NCBI GenBank assembly: GCA_025362635.1
Contig: JANYFO010000161.1
Coordinates: 1 to 57,722, forward strand
Source: Gemmatimonadaceae bacterium
GTDB lineage: Bacteria > Gemmatimonadota > Gemmatimonadetes > Gemmatimonadales > Gemmatimonadaceae
Reading direction: 5' to 3'
Length of the DNA stretch: 57,722 nucleotides
Under the pieces are notes generated by a model. It did not search any database and was not told the origin of the DNA. It worked only from the letters and a program-made list of their open reading frames with translations. The translations under genes and the position numbers were made by a program. Below, piece by piece: positions 9,603 to 19,199 of the stretch. Position 1 is the stretch's first letter; each line of letters opens with the position of its first letter.

Positions 9603-11962
9603 CGACGTTGTCGCCGATGCTGGCGCGCAACATGGACGCTTATTGGCGCGCCGCAAACTATCTCTCTGTTGGGCAGATATATCTGCTCGACAACCCGTTG
9701 CTGACGACACCGCTTACGCTGGCGCACATCAAACCGCGGTTGCTGGGTCATTGGGGGACAACGCCCGGACTCAACTTTATTTATGTGCATTTGAATCGCG
9801 TGATCAAAGAACGCGAGTTGCACATGATGTATATCGCGGGACCTGGTCACGGCGGACCGGGCATGGTGGCGAACGCGTACCTTGAGCGCACGTACTCGGA
9901 GGTGTATCCGCACATCTCACAGGATGCGATTGGCATGGCGCGCCTGTTCAAACAATTTTCATTTCCCGGTGGAATTCCCAGTCACGTTGCACCACAAACG
10001 CCCGGCTCGATTCACGAGGGTGGCGAATTGGGCTATTCGTTGTCGCACGCGTACGGCGCAGCGTTCGACAATCCCAATTTGATTGTCGCGTGTGTGGTGG
10101 GTGACGGCGAAGCCGAAACTGGGCCGCTCGCGACCAGTTGGCACTCCAACAAATTTTTAAATCCCGTCCATGACGGTGCGGTGCTGCCAATTTTGCATTT
10201 GAACGGATACAAGATTGCCGGGCCGACTGTATTAGCGCGCATTCCGCGCGAGGAATTGGCGGCGCTGTTTCGAGGGTACGGTTACGTGCCCTATTTCGTC
10301 GAAGGTGCTGACCCGATGCAAGTGCACGAGTCCATGGCCGCGGCGCTTGATACCGTGGTCATCGAGATCGGTCGTATTCAACACGATGCACGCGCCAACG
10401 GATTTTCGAAGCGAGCGCTTTGGCCGATGATCATTCTGCGTACGCCGAAGGGTTGGACGGGACCAAAACATGTGGACGGATTGCAAACTGAGGGCTCGTT
10501 TCGCTCGCATCAGGTTCCGGTCACCGAGATGACGCAACCGGGTCACCTCGACATATTGGACTCGTGGCTGCGGAGCTACCGGCCACAGGAGCTGTTTGAC
10601 GCAACGGGTCGGCTTATGCCCGAACTCGCAGCGCTGTCGCCGGTGGGCACAAATCGTATGAGCGCGAATCCGCATGCGAACGGCGGATTGTTGCTACGCG
10701 ATCTGCAGATGCCCAACTTTCAAGATTATGCAGTGCGTGTGCTGCAACCCGGTGCCGTAGATGCCGAAGCGACGCGCGTACAAGGAGAGTTTATACGCGA
10801 TGTCATCGCTCGGAACCCGGACAACTTTCGCGTATTCAGTCCTGACGAAACGAACTCGAATCGGTGGAATGCGGTGTTCGAGGTCACTGATCGATGCTCC
10901 ACTGCGGAGATCAGGCCCACGGATGATCACGTGGCGCCTGATGGCCGGGTGATGGGGATGTTGAGCGAACATCAATGCGAGGGCTGGCTAGAAGGCTATT
11001 TGCTTACCGGTCGACACGGTTTCTTTTCCTGCTACGAAGCGTTCATTCATATTGTTGATTCGATGTTTAACCAGCACGCGAAATGGTTGAAGGTGGCGAA
11101 CGAGATTCCGTGGCGTCGTCCGATAGCGTCGCTCAACTATTTACTCACGTCGCACGTGTGGCGTCAGGATCACAATGGATTCAGCCATCAGGATCCGGGT
11201 TTTATCGATCATGTTGTGAACAAAAAGGCGGAGGTGATTCGTGTGTATTTGCCTCCAGATGCGAACACACTGTTGTCGGTAACAGATCACTGTCTCCGCA
11301 GTCGCAACTATGTGAACGTGATTGTGGCAGGCAAACAACCGTCGTCGCAGTGGCTCTGCATGGAAGACGCGGTAACGCACTGTGCGGATGGTCTCGGTGT
11401 GTGGACTTGGGCCAGCAACGACAACGACGGTGAGCCTGATGTCGTCATGGCGTGCTGCGGGGATGTGCCGACGCTTGAGACGCTCGCCGCCGTGGAATTC
11501 CTACTTGCACATATTCCCGACTTGAAAATTCGTGTAGTGAATGTCGTGGATTTGATGAAGCTTCAACCGAGCAGCGAGCATCCGCATGGCTTAAGCGATT
11601 TGCAATTCGACGCGCTCTTCACCGTGGACAAGCCAATCATCTTTGCGTATCACGGATACCCGTTGCTCATCCACAGACTGACGTATCGGCGGACGAATCA
11701 CCCGAACCTGCATGTGCGCGGATTTAAAGAGGAAGGTACGACAACCACTCCGTTCGACATGGTGGTGTTAAATGACATGGACCGATTCCATCTGGCCGAG
11801 GCCGTGATTGAACGTCTGCCTGACCTTGCGACGCGTGCCGGTCCAGCTCTCGCCGCCATTCATGCTGCACTCGCCAGACATAAACAATTCATTGCTGAGC
11901 ACGGCGAAGATATGCCGGAAATTCGGAACTGGCGGTGGGCGCGGAATCCAGCAACGCATTGA
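9599..11962 (+). CDS. xfp: Xylulose-5-P/fructose-6-P phosphoketolase
   Basis: [24 protein letters not shown] ThDP motif, [12 protein letters not shown]; ATGA overlap with ackA. Confidence 0.96.
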   Translation: MTTLSPMLARNMDAYWRAANYLSVGQIYLLDNPLLTTPLTLAHIKPRLLGHWGTTPGLNFIYVHLNRVIKERELHMMYIAGPGHGGPGMVANAYLERTYSEVYPHISQDAIGMARLFKQFSFPGGIPSHVAPQTPGSIHEGGELGYSLSHAYGAAFDNPNLIVACVVGDGEAETGPLATSWHSNKFLNPVHDGAVLPILHLNGYKIAGPTVLARIPREELAALFRGYGYVPYFVEGADPMQVHESMAAALDTVVIEIGRIQHDARANGFSKRALWPMIILRTPKGWTGPKHVDGLQTEGSFRSHQVPVTEMTQPGHLDILDSWLRSYRPQELFDATGRLMPELAALSPVGTNRMSANPHANGGLLLRDLQMPNFQDYAVRVLQPGAVDAEATRVQGEFIRDVIARNPDNFRVFSPDETNSNRWNAVFEVTDRCSTAEIRPTDDHVAPDGRVMGMLSEHQCEGWLEGYLLTGRHGFFSCYEAFIHIVDSMFNQHAKWLKVANEIPWRRPIASLNYLLTSHVWRQDHNGFSHQDPGFIDHVVNKKAEVIRVYLPPDANTLLSVTDHCLRSRNYVNVIVAGKQPSSQWLCMEDAVTHCADGLGVWTWASNDNDGEPDVVMACCGDVPTLETLAAVEFLLAHIPDLKIRVVNVVDLMKLQPSSEHPHGLSDLQFDALFTVDKPIIFAYHGYPLLIHRLTYRRTNHPNLHVRGFKEEGTTTTPFDMVVLNDMDRFHLAEAVIERLPDLATRAGPALAAIHAALARHKQFIAEHGEDMPEIRNWRWARNPATH

Positions 11963-12082
11963 ACTTTACGCGACATAAAATGTGCGCTATATTTATTGTA
12001 TGCTACATTCGCAAGTAACTCAACAGTGATGCAGACTCTGCCGTTCCGTCGCCTCTGGCACCCACGGCCGAGCATACGCGTA

Positions 12083-12715
12083 ATGGCCACTGCTCCGACG
12101 GTGTTTGTCGTCGAGAGCGATTCGTGCGAACGGGAAGCGTTTCAACGTTTTCTGGAAGGGGACGGCTTGATCGTGGAGAGCTATGCCTGCGCACAAGATT
12201 TTTTGAACGCGTTTCGGCCAAATCGTGAAGCGTGTTTGTTGACGGATGCCGATTTGCCCGGCATGCAGGGCGTTGAGCTCATGCAGCATCTGCGTCGTAC
12301 TGGACACGCCGTACCCACGATCATTGTGACTGGATTTAACAATGTGCCATTGGCTGTGGTCGCAATGAAGGCTGGCGCCTCCGACGTTATCGTAAAGCCG
12401 ATCGGCAGAAACGAACTTCTCGCAACTATCACGCGTGCACTGGCGGAGTCGCATGACGTCAGTACTCGCGTTGCGGGGCAGAAGGTGGCGAGCGAGCACA
12501 TTGCCTGCCTAACTCCACGACAGCACGAGATCATGGTGCTTGTCCTCGCCGGTCAGCCAAGTAAGTGCATCGCGGCAAGTCTGCATATTAGCCAACGCAC
12601 GGTTGAGAATCATCGAGCATCGATCATGAAGAAAACCGGCGCGCTGTCACTGCCAGCGCTCGCGAGGATGGCGTTTGCAGCAGACAGCAGCGCGAGACTT
12701 TCCGCAATTCGTTGA
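12083..12715 (+). CDS. FixJ/LuxR-family response regulator
   Basis: Receiver (LLTD..LPG, IIVTG, AMKAGA..KP) plus LuxR HTH (LTPRQHE..ISQRTVENHRASIMKK); start uncertain (11996-12083). Confidence 0.88.
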   Translation: MATAPTVFVVESDSCEREAFQRFLEGDGLIVESYACAQDFLNAFRPNREACLLTDADLPGMQGVELMQHLRRTGHAVPTIIVTGFNNVPLAVVAMKAGASDVIVKPIGRNELLATITRALAESHDVSTRVAGQKVASEHIACLTPRQHEIMVLVLAGQPSKCIAASLHISQRTVENHRASIMKKTGALSLPALARMAFAADSSARLSAIR

Positions 12716-12725
12716 GAAGCATTTT

Positions 12726-14786
12726 TTATGTGGGCGTCAGTTTCGTACGCTTGAGCAACAGCGCATTGATTGCCACGACAAGCGTGCTTCCGGACATAGA
12801 GAGCGCGGCGACTTCGGGGCTGAGTACGAAGGGATATAGAACGCCGGCTGCGAGTGGAAATGCAATGGTGTTGTAGCCCACCGCCCACCACAGGTTCTGC
12901 CGCATTTTGCGGAGCGTCGCACGCGAGAGTTCAATGGCGGCAACGATGTCGTACGGATCACTTTTCATCAGCACGACATCGGCACTTTCCATTGCGACAT
13001 CAGTGCCAGCACCAATAGCAAATCCAACATCAGCCTGTGTGAGTGCCGGTGCATCGTTCACACCGTCGCCCACCATCCCGACTTTTTTGCCGTTGCTCTG
13101 CAACGCTTTCACCTTCTCCGCTTTCTGTGCGGGCAATACATCAGCCAGCACGATGTCGATGCCGAGATCCGCGGCGATGCGTTTCGCGGTGGCTGCGTTA
13201 TCACCAGTCAACATCACGACTTCGATTTTCTGTTCGCGCAGTCGTGCGACGGTCGCTGTCGCTGTGGGTCGAATCGCATCAGCGATGGCGATGAGGCCGA
13301 TCACTCGGCCCGCTTGTGCAACGTGCACGACGGTGCGACCATCTCCTTGCAATCGTGTCGCATCGGCCTCGAGCGCACCGAGCGAGAATTTCTGCGTGTC
13401 CATCAACAATCGATTGCCGAGAAATACCGTGCCGCCAATTGTCTCGGCGCGTGCGCCCATGCCATCGAGGCTTTGAAATCCCGTTGGTGCCGTCACGGAA
13501 AGTTTTGCTGCGCGGCGTACAATCGCTTGCGCCAGTGGGTGATCAGATCCTTGCTCGACCGCGGCAGCAGCGATGAGCAGCGCATCCTCCGAAACGTTAT
13601 CCGCCAGCACGAGGTCAACGACTTCGGGCTGCCCGACGGTGAGTGTACCGGTCTTGTCGAAGACAATCACGTTGAGTTTCGTCGCGTCTTCCAACGCCGC
13701 AGCATTCTTGAATAGAATGCCGTGCGTTGCGCCGAGCCCCGTTCCGACCATCACGGCCATTGGTGTGGCTAGTCCCAACGCGTCCGGACACGCAATCACA
13801 AAGACGGTGATGGTCATTGTCACGGCAAAGAGTAGTGGTTGTCCGATCCACCAGAACCAGACGGCAAAGGTGGCGAGGCCAATCACGATTGCCGCAATAA
13901 CGAGCCACTGCGCCGCTTTGTCGGCAAGGAGTTGGGCTGGCGCTTTTGAGCTTTGCGCTTGTTGTACAAGCTTGACGATTTGCGCGAGCGCTGAGTCAGC
14001 GCCGACTTTGGTTGCTTTATAGCGAAAGCTGCCGCTCTTGTTGATGGTGGCGCCAATGACAGTGGATCCCGGATTCTTTTGGACTGGCATGGACTCGCCA
14101 GTCAGCATGGATTCGTCAACGAGTGAGTCGCCAGACTCAATCGTTCCGTCAACGGGAATCTTGTTGCCGGGCCTGATGACGACAATTTCGCCTGCCACAA
14201 CTTCCGCTGTTGGGACCTGAACTTCGACGCCGTTGCGCAGCACCGCCGCCATGGTGGGCGTGAGATTCATCAACGCCTTAATCGCGGACGATGCGCCGGC
14301 GCGTGCGCGCATTTCGAGCCAGTGGCCAAGCAGGATGAAGACTAATAACACAGAGACTGCTTCGAAAAATTGACCTCCCGCTTCGAAGAAGAACGTGCTT
14401 CCGACGCTAAAGAGATATCCGGTGCCAACGCTGAGAACGATCAGCGCGGACATTCCCAATACGCCCTTTCGAAGCTGGCGCCACGCCGAAACGAAAAACG
14501 GCCAGCTGGGATAGAGCACCGCGGCGCTTGCGAGAAAAAAGAGCCAGAGACCGAGTCTGACTCCGAACGGTGGAGTCGGTGGTGTGAAGACGCCGCCCAT
14601 AGGGGCGTAGATGAAAATTGGTATCGTAAAGAACAAGCAGATCCAGAAGCGATTGCGCATGTCGCGAACCATGGCGGACATGTCCTCACCACTGTGGCCC
14701 ATGTCATGCGCCATGTCGGCGGCCATCGCGGGGGGCGCGTTTGGTGGCGCGTCATGCCCTTCGTGGACTTCGTGACCGGTGTTCAT
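12726..14786 (-). CDS. Copper-type P1B ATPase (CPD motif, His/Met-rich N-terminus)
   Basis: [30 protein letters not shown] and MxxS(T) motifs. Confidence 0.92.
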   Translation of the reverse strand: MNTGHEVHEGHDAPPNAPPAMAADMAHDMGHSGEDMSAMVRDMRNRFWICLFFTIPIFIYAPMGGVFTPPTPPFGVRLGLWLFFLASAAVLYPSWPFFVSAWRQLRKGVLGMSALIVLSVGTGYLFSVGSTFFFEAGGQFFEAVSVLLVFILLGHWLEMRARAGASSAIKALMNLTPTMAAVLRNGVEVQVPTAEVVAGEIVVIRPGNKIPVDGTIESGDSLVDESMLTGESMPVQKNPGSTVIGATINKSGSFRYKATKVGADSALAQIVKLVQQAQSSKAPAQLLADKAAQWLVIAAIVIGLATFAVWFWWIGQPLLFAVTMTITVFVIACPDALGLATPMAVMVGTGLGATHGILFKNAAALEDATKLNVIVFDKTGTLTVGQPEVVDLVLADNVSEDALLIAAAAVEQGSDHPLAQAIVRRAAKLSVTAPTGFQSLDGMGARAETIGGTVFLGNRLLMDTQKFSLGALEADATRLQGDGRTVVHVAQAGRVIGLIAIADAIRPTATATVARLREQKIEVVMLTGDNAATAKRIAADLGIDIVLADVLPAQKAEKVKALQSNGKKVGMVGDGVNDAPALTQADVGFAIGAGTDVAMESADVVLMKSDPYDIVAAIELSRATLRKMRQNLWWAVGYNTIAFPLAAGVLYPFVLSPEVAALSMSGSTLVVAINALLLKRTKLTPT

Positions 14787-14808
14787 GTTCGGACCTCGAG
14801 TGACGGTT

Positions 14809-15642
14809 TCAACGCGCTAATCGCCCCGTTTCGAGGTCTTCTGGTTTGAACTCGAAGACGACGCTGTGATCGGGCCGGACGAGCTTCTTCTTTTTCCCAG
14901 CGTAATGCAGCCGCGAGAGTATGTCGCGCATCAGGTTTAGGCGGGCTGCTCGCTTGTTATCGGCGCGCACGACATGCCAAGGAGCAATCGCGGTGTGTGT
15001 TTGTAAAAGCATCGCATCTCGTGCCTCAGAATACGCGTTCCACTGTTCGATGGCTACGTCGTCAACCGGACTCGTCTTCCACTGCTTGAGCGGGTCATGT
15101 TTTCGGTCGGCCAGCCTTCGTCGCTGTTCGTCTTTGCAAATATCGAGATAGTACTTGAAGAGCGTGGTTCCGGAGTTCACGAGCATTTCTTCAAACTTTG
15201 GAACCGATTGCATAAACTCTTTGTGTTCTTCGTTCGAACAGAATCCCAGCACGTGCTCAACACCGGCGCGATTGTACCAACTGCGGTTAAAGAGGACGAA
15301 CTCGCCCAAGGACGGCAGGTGAGCGACGTAGCGCTGAAAGTACCACGCACCGCGTTCGCGATCTGATGGTCTGCCGAGCGCGACGACGCGGGTTTCTCGC
15401 GGACTTAAGTATTCAACAATGCGCTTCACGCTGCCGTCTTTTCCGGCGGCATCGCGACCTTCGAGGAGGATGAGAATTTTGTCGCCGCGATCAATGGCGG
15501 ACCGTTGCAGCTTGACGAGCTCGACTTGCAACGCGCGCAACTGCGATTTGTAGCGCTTCTTCTCGGAGCCGTCAACGACGACTTTTTCGTCTGCGAGTGC
15601 TGCGGCTTCAGGGTCATCAGCAACGTCCGTCTGGTGCGCCAT
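14809..15642 (-). CDS. ppk2: Polyphosphate kinase 2
   Basis: [10 protein letters not shown] Walker [20 protein letters not shown]; start set at ATG 15642. Confidence 0.93.
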   Translation of the reverse strand: MAHQTDVADDPEAAALADEKVVVDGSEKKRYKSQLRALQVELVKLQRSAIDRGDKILILLEGRDAAGKDGSVKRIVEYLSPRETRVVALGRPSDRERGAWYFQRYVAHLPSLGEFVLFNRSWYNRAGVEHVLGFCSNEEHKEFMQSVPKFEEMLVNSGTTLFKYYLDICKDEQRRRLADRKHDPLKQWKTSPVDDVAIEQWNAYSEARDAMLLQTHTAIAPWHVVRADNKRAARLNLMRDILSRLHYAGKKKKLVRPDHSVVFEFKPEDLETGRLAR

Positions 15643-15854
15643 AGTATGTCGATGTGAATGCGTGGTTGTGGGCGGCCTTTGATGACGCACGTATGACAGC
15701 AACGTCTGCAAGAAGCATGACGCGCATACGAGGTGAGACTGAAGTTGCTCTAGGTAATTCCCGAGGCTGACGATTGTGCTTGGCCGAGATAGTGTCACAT
15801 ATGACCTTCCCGGAGCACACGCCGTTTTTCGCACGCAGATCACGGAGACTTCAT

Positions 15855-15998
15855 ATGTCATGGTTGATCACGAACTGGTTCTGGCTGCTGATCTTTTTCG
15901 CATTCATCGCGATGCATCTCTTCGGCCATGGAGACCATGCGGGTCACGGCACGCACGACCAATCGTCGAAGCAACAGGGTAAGGACGCCGATGCTTAA
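15855..15998 (+). CDS. Small His-rich membrane protein (DUF2933-like)
   Basis: MSWL..NW..L.F..F.AMHLFGHG.H.GH; GGAG RBS upstream. Confidence 0.75.
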   Translation: MSWLITNWFWLLIFFAFIAMHLFGHGDHAGHGTHDQSSKQQGKDADA

Positions 15999-16260
15999 TC
16001 TCAAAGTGGTGAGTTGGTCTCTCGGGCTCTTGTCCGCGATCAGCTTTGTTCTCTGTGTGATTTACGGACTTGTTGTACCGGAAAGCATGCATGCATCGCA
16101 ATTTTTAGAGATAATACTGCCGGCGTTTAAATGGCTCTCCTTTTGGGGGTTTTGCTTAGGATTGCTGGAAAGCTTTCTGTATGGTGTGTACATCGGATTC
16201 GTCTTCGTGCCGATCTATAACGCGCTCAGTCGCCGCTGGGGTACGTCAACGAAACGGTAG
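15991..16260 (+). CDS. Small membrane protein (DUF5676-like)
   Basis: FVLCVIYGL, LPAFKWLS, LGLLESFLYG..Y, IYN pattern; overlaps the upstream stop. Confidence 0.7.
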   Translation: MLNLKVVSWSLGLLSAISFVLCVIYGLVVPESMHASQFLEIILPAFKWLSFWGFCLGLLESFLYGVYIGFVFVPIYNALSRRWGTSTKR

Positions 16261-16263
16261 CAA

Positions 16264-17484
16264 ATGCGCCAACACTTGCTGGTGCTCCTCGCCTGTGTCT
16301 TTGTCGCGATGACTGGCGTGGGCATCACGATCCCCGTGCTTCCTTTCTACGTCGAACGTCTCGCGCTGCGAGCTGGCACGTCGAAGCAATCCGTCATCAT
16401 GCACGTGACATTGCTCACCGCTGTCTATGCATTCATGCAACTGTTTTTCGCGCCAGTGTGGGGACGATTGTCGGATCGGTTCGGCAGACGACCGCTCATT
16501 CTCATGGGGATTGCGGGCTATGTCATCGCTCAGATCTTGTTCGGCCTAGCAACCTCGCTGTGGCTTCTCTATACCGCACGCATATTGGGTGGTGTACTCT
16601 CATCGGCAACGTTACCGGTGTCCGCGGCATACGTCGCGGACCTCACCGACGATACCGAGCGTGCGCGCGGCATGGCGTGGCTCGGCACTGCCGTCAGCTT
16701 GGGATTTGTGGTGGGTCCGGCACTGGGTGGCGTGGTATCACGAGCTCCGTGGCACATGACCGCGCGCTACGGGCACCTGATGATGGATAGCTTTTCCATT
16801 CCATTTTTTGCAGCTGCAGCTCTGGGCGTGCTGACCCTTGGTGCCGCGATGCGTTGGCTGCCAGAGTCGCTTGCGGTCAAGACACGGGTTGTCGGCGTCG
16901 TCCATCCACCTGCGGACGTTGGAATGTTCGCGAACGGCCTCCTTTCGTTGCTTTGCTTAGCGGCCATTGCGCCGCTCGGCTTGGCGCTTTTCGAAGCAAC
17001 GTTTGCTCTCTATGCACGCGAAACACTAAACTATGGTCTTGGCGCTATCAGCGCCGTCTTCGTAGTCTGTGGCATAGTCATGACCATTTTTCAGATTGGC
17101 GCAGTGAGCATGTTGTCAGGCCGCGTTCGCGAGATGTATCAGATCAGCCTTGGCTTCGCATTCATGGGTACAGGCTTCGGCTTTTTACTCTTGGCTCGTG
17201 GTACGGTGACCGTGTTGATAATGGTTGGCCTGCTAGCGTTGGGCACATCACTGATCGCGCCGAATCTCGCGTCAGCGATCTCGAAGCGTAGCGGCACGCA
17301 CCGCGTTGGCTCCGTGCTCGGTGTGCAGAACGCGGCGAGTAGTCTCGGCCAAGCCAGCGGACCACTGCTCGGCGGCGCGCTGTTTGTGTGGAACATCAAC
17401 GCGCCGTATGTGGTAGCTGGCGCGTTGTTGCTTATTGTCGCGATCGTGCTTGCGTGGACTTCGATCACGGCACGAGACACGTAA
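16264..17484 (+). CDS. MFS transporter (TetA/DHA1-like)
   Basis: Motif A GRLSDRFGRRP, GFVVGPALGG antiporter motif, about 12 TM. Confidence 0.9.
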   Translation: MRQHLLVLLACVFVAMTGVGITIPVLPFYVERLALRAGTSKQSVIMHVTLLTAVYAFMQLFFAPVWGRLSDRFGRRPLILMGIAGYVIAQILFGLATSLWLLYTARILGGVLSSATLPVSAAYVADLTDDTERARGMAWLGTAVSLGFVVGPALGGVVSRAPWHMTARYGHLMMDSFSIPFFAAAALGVLTLGAAMRWLPESLAVKTRVVGVVHPPADVGMFANGLLSLLCLAAIAPLGLALFEATFALYARETLNYGLGAISAVFVVCGIVMTIFQIGAVSMLSGRVREMYQISLGFAFMGTGFGFLLLARGTVTVLIMVGLLALGTSLIAPNLASAISKRSGTHRVGSVLGVQNAASSLGQASGPLLGGALFVWNINAPYVVAGALLLIVAIVLAWTSITARDT

Positions 17485-17515
17485 CACAAAATCGTTGTGA
17501 TGACGCGTTTCGATC

Positions 17516-17884
17516 TTAGCTCTTCTTTGCGAGCGTGTGAATGTATTTCACCGTTGCTTCGATCTCGGCGGCTGTCAGCTTGTCCTTGAACGGCAACATA
17601 TCGCCTTTGCCATTGGTGATAGCCGAGATAAACTCTTTGTGCTGGTGCGTTGCAAAGAATGTAGAATCGACAAACGTTGCAATGTTTTTGTACTGCTGGC
17701 GTGCCGCTTTGGTCGGAGCGCCCAAAACGCCGTGACACTGCTTGCAGTTTTTCGCATACAACGCTTTGCCGTCGACCTCTTGCGGCACCAGTATGGCTTG
17801 TTTCAAGCGGCTGCCGTGCAAAGGTGCGCGTAAACTGAACACGGCCGCTGCTGCGACAACCATTGAAAGCGAGAATACGTTCAT
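17516..17884 (-). CDS. Periplasmic monoheme class I cytochrome c
   Basis: Signal peptide, GKALYAKNCKQCHG, distal Met in GKGDMLPF. Confidence 0.9.
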   Translation of the reverse strand: MNVFSLSMVVAAAAVFSLRAPLHGSRLKQAILVPQEVDGKALYAKNCKQCHGVLGAPTKAARQQYKNIATFVDSTFFATHQHKEFISAITNGKGDMLPFKDKLTAAEIEATVKYIHTLAKKS

Positions 17885-17944
17885 GGGGATGTACCTGAGT
17901 TGAAATGGATAGGGATCACGTCGTTGTATCGCGGCGACGGTATG

Positions 17945-19138
17945 CTAGAACGCTACGAAGAGTTGGAATGAAATACCGTTTCTTCGCGGAGCGCGCGTAA
18001 GCTGCGGTAAGTCGCGAAAATACTCTACGCCGAGACGTAGATATTCAGGTAAGGTTGCCGGTATCACGCTGCCCACGACGACGCGACGCAATCCGTCGTC
18101 GGATTCGTTACGGTTGGGGTCGAGAAATTCGTAGCGCCCAAATACGGTCCAGTGAGTCTTCGGCATGGAATATCCGCCGTATACCCAGTACCCAGAGCCA
18201 GTCGCGGTGACGCTTGTAATTGCTGTCGTCAGCGGTAGGCGTGAATCATTGCTGTAGACATATCCACCCAGCACTTCAAAAGGGCCGAGAAATTTGTTCG
18301 CCGTCGCGGCAAGCCTGTAATAGCGCGAAGACAAATCAGCAGCGGTTGCATCGAGCCCTGCGATGCGCCCGAAGTATCCGATTGCAGTAACGCCAGAACC
18401 AGCGTCATCCCACATAAACTGATTTGAAATCAGCACATCGTTTTTTGTGCTTGCTCCACCTTCTGAGCCATCAGACGTCGGAGCGCTCAAGCCATTGAGT
18501 ATCTGAACGGACGTTCGGTTTTTTCCACCAATGACATAAAAGGCTTCAACTCCTGCTTGATCGCCAGCAAAACGAAACGGAATACCAGCAGTCGTTGGCT
18601 CGGCGAGCGGTAACGGCACAAGAATACCGGTCGGACGGTCGAAGCCCGCGAGCGCACCACCAACAAGCAAGTGTCCCGTTCCAGCACGAACGCCGCCGTA
18701 CCCGCCTTCTTTACCCCACACGCCGCTCACAATCGCTACGAGATCCACGTTGCCTGCTTCTTGACGTTCAAGTTCGAAGTATGCCCCGTAGTTTTTGCCG
18801 AGACCGCCCGCTGCGAAGACGCTTACGGCGGGTGATGAAAGTCCATTTACATCCGCGGGTTCGCGTTGCGTTTTGGAAAGGCTGTACTGAAGAATGCCGC
18901 GCGTGGAGAAATACTCTTCCATCTTTTTGACTTCCATATTTTCACCGATCTCGTTCGGCATTCGGTAGCCAGCCCATTTAAACGAAAATCCGGTTGCGTT
19001 CAGTCGCGGGACCGCTGGGTAATGGCAACTAGCACACTTCATGTTGTATTTTCTCGCCCACGCCGGAAGCGCTGCGCTTGTTTCGGGTGCAAGCGCGATC
19101 AGAGTTAGAGCAGTGAGCACGAGGGTGCTTTGGCGCAT
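17945..19138 (-). CDS. Cyc2-like fused monoheme cytochrome c / outer-membrane beta-barrel
   Basis: Signal peptide, LPAWARKYNMKCASCHYPAVPRL..G..FK..GY, amphipathic beta strands, C-terminal Phe; GGAGA RBS before ATG 19138. Confidence 0.75.
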   Translation of the reverse strand: MRQSTLVLTALTLIALAPETSAALPAWARKYNMKCASCHYPAVPRLNATGFSFKWAGYRMPNEIGENMEVKKMEEYFSTRGILQYSLSKTQREPADVNGLSSPAVSVFAAGGLGKNYGAYFELERQEAGNVDLVAIVSGVWGKEGGYGGVRAGTGHLLVGGALAGFDRPTGILVPLPLAEPTTAGIPFRFAGDQAGVEAFYVIGGKNRTSVQILNGLSAPTSDGSEGGASTKNDVLISNQFMWDDAGSGVTAIGYFGRIAGLDATAADLSSRYYRLAATANKFLGPFEVLGGYVYSNDSRLPLTTAITSVTATGSGYWVYGGYSMPKTHWTVFGRYEFLDPNRNESDDGLRRVVVGSVIPATLPEYLRLGVEYFRDLPQLTRAPRRNGISFQLFVAF

Positions 19139-19199
19139 GCGACGATCTCCACGGTGAATCGAGACACAAACAACAAACAGAGCAGGCGCGTTGCCTGCG

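Noticed and set aside
16264-17484. Calling the MFS a tetracycline resistance gene (tetA)
   Set aside because: Family-level motifs only, no tetR nearby, and a metal-island context.
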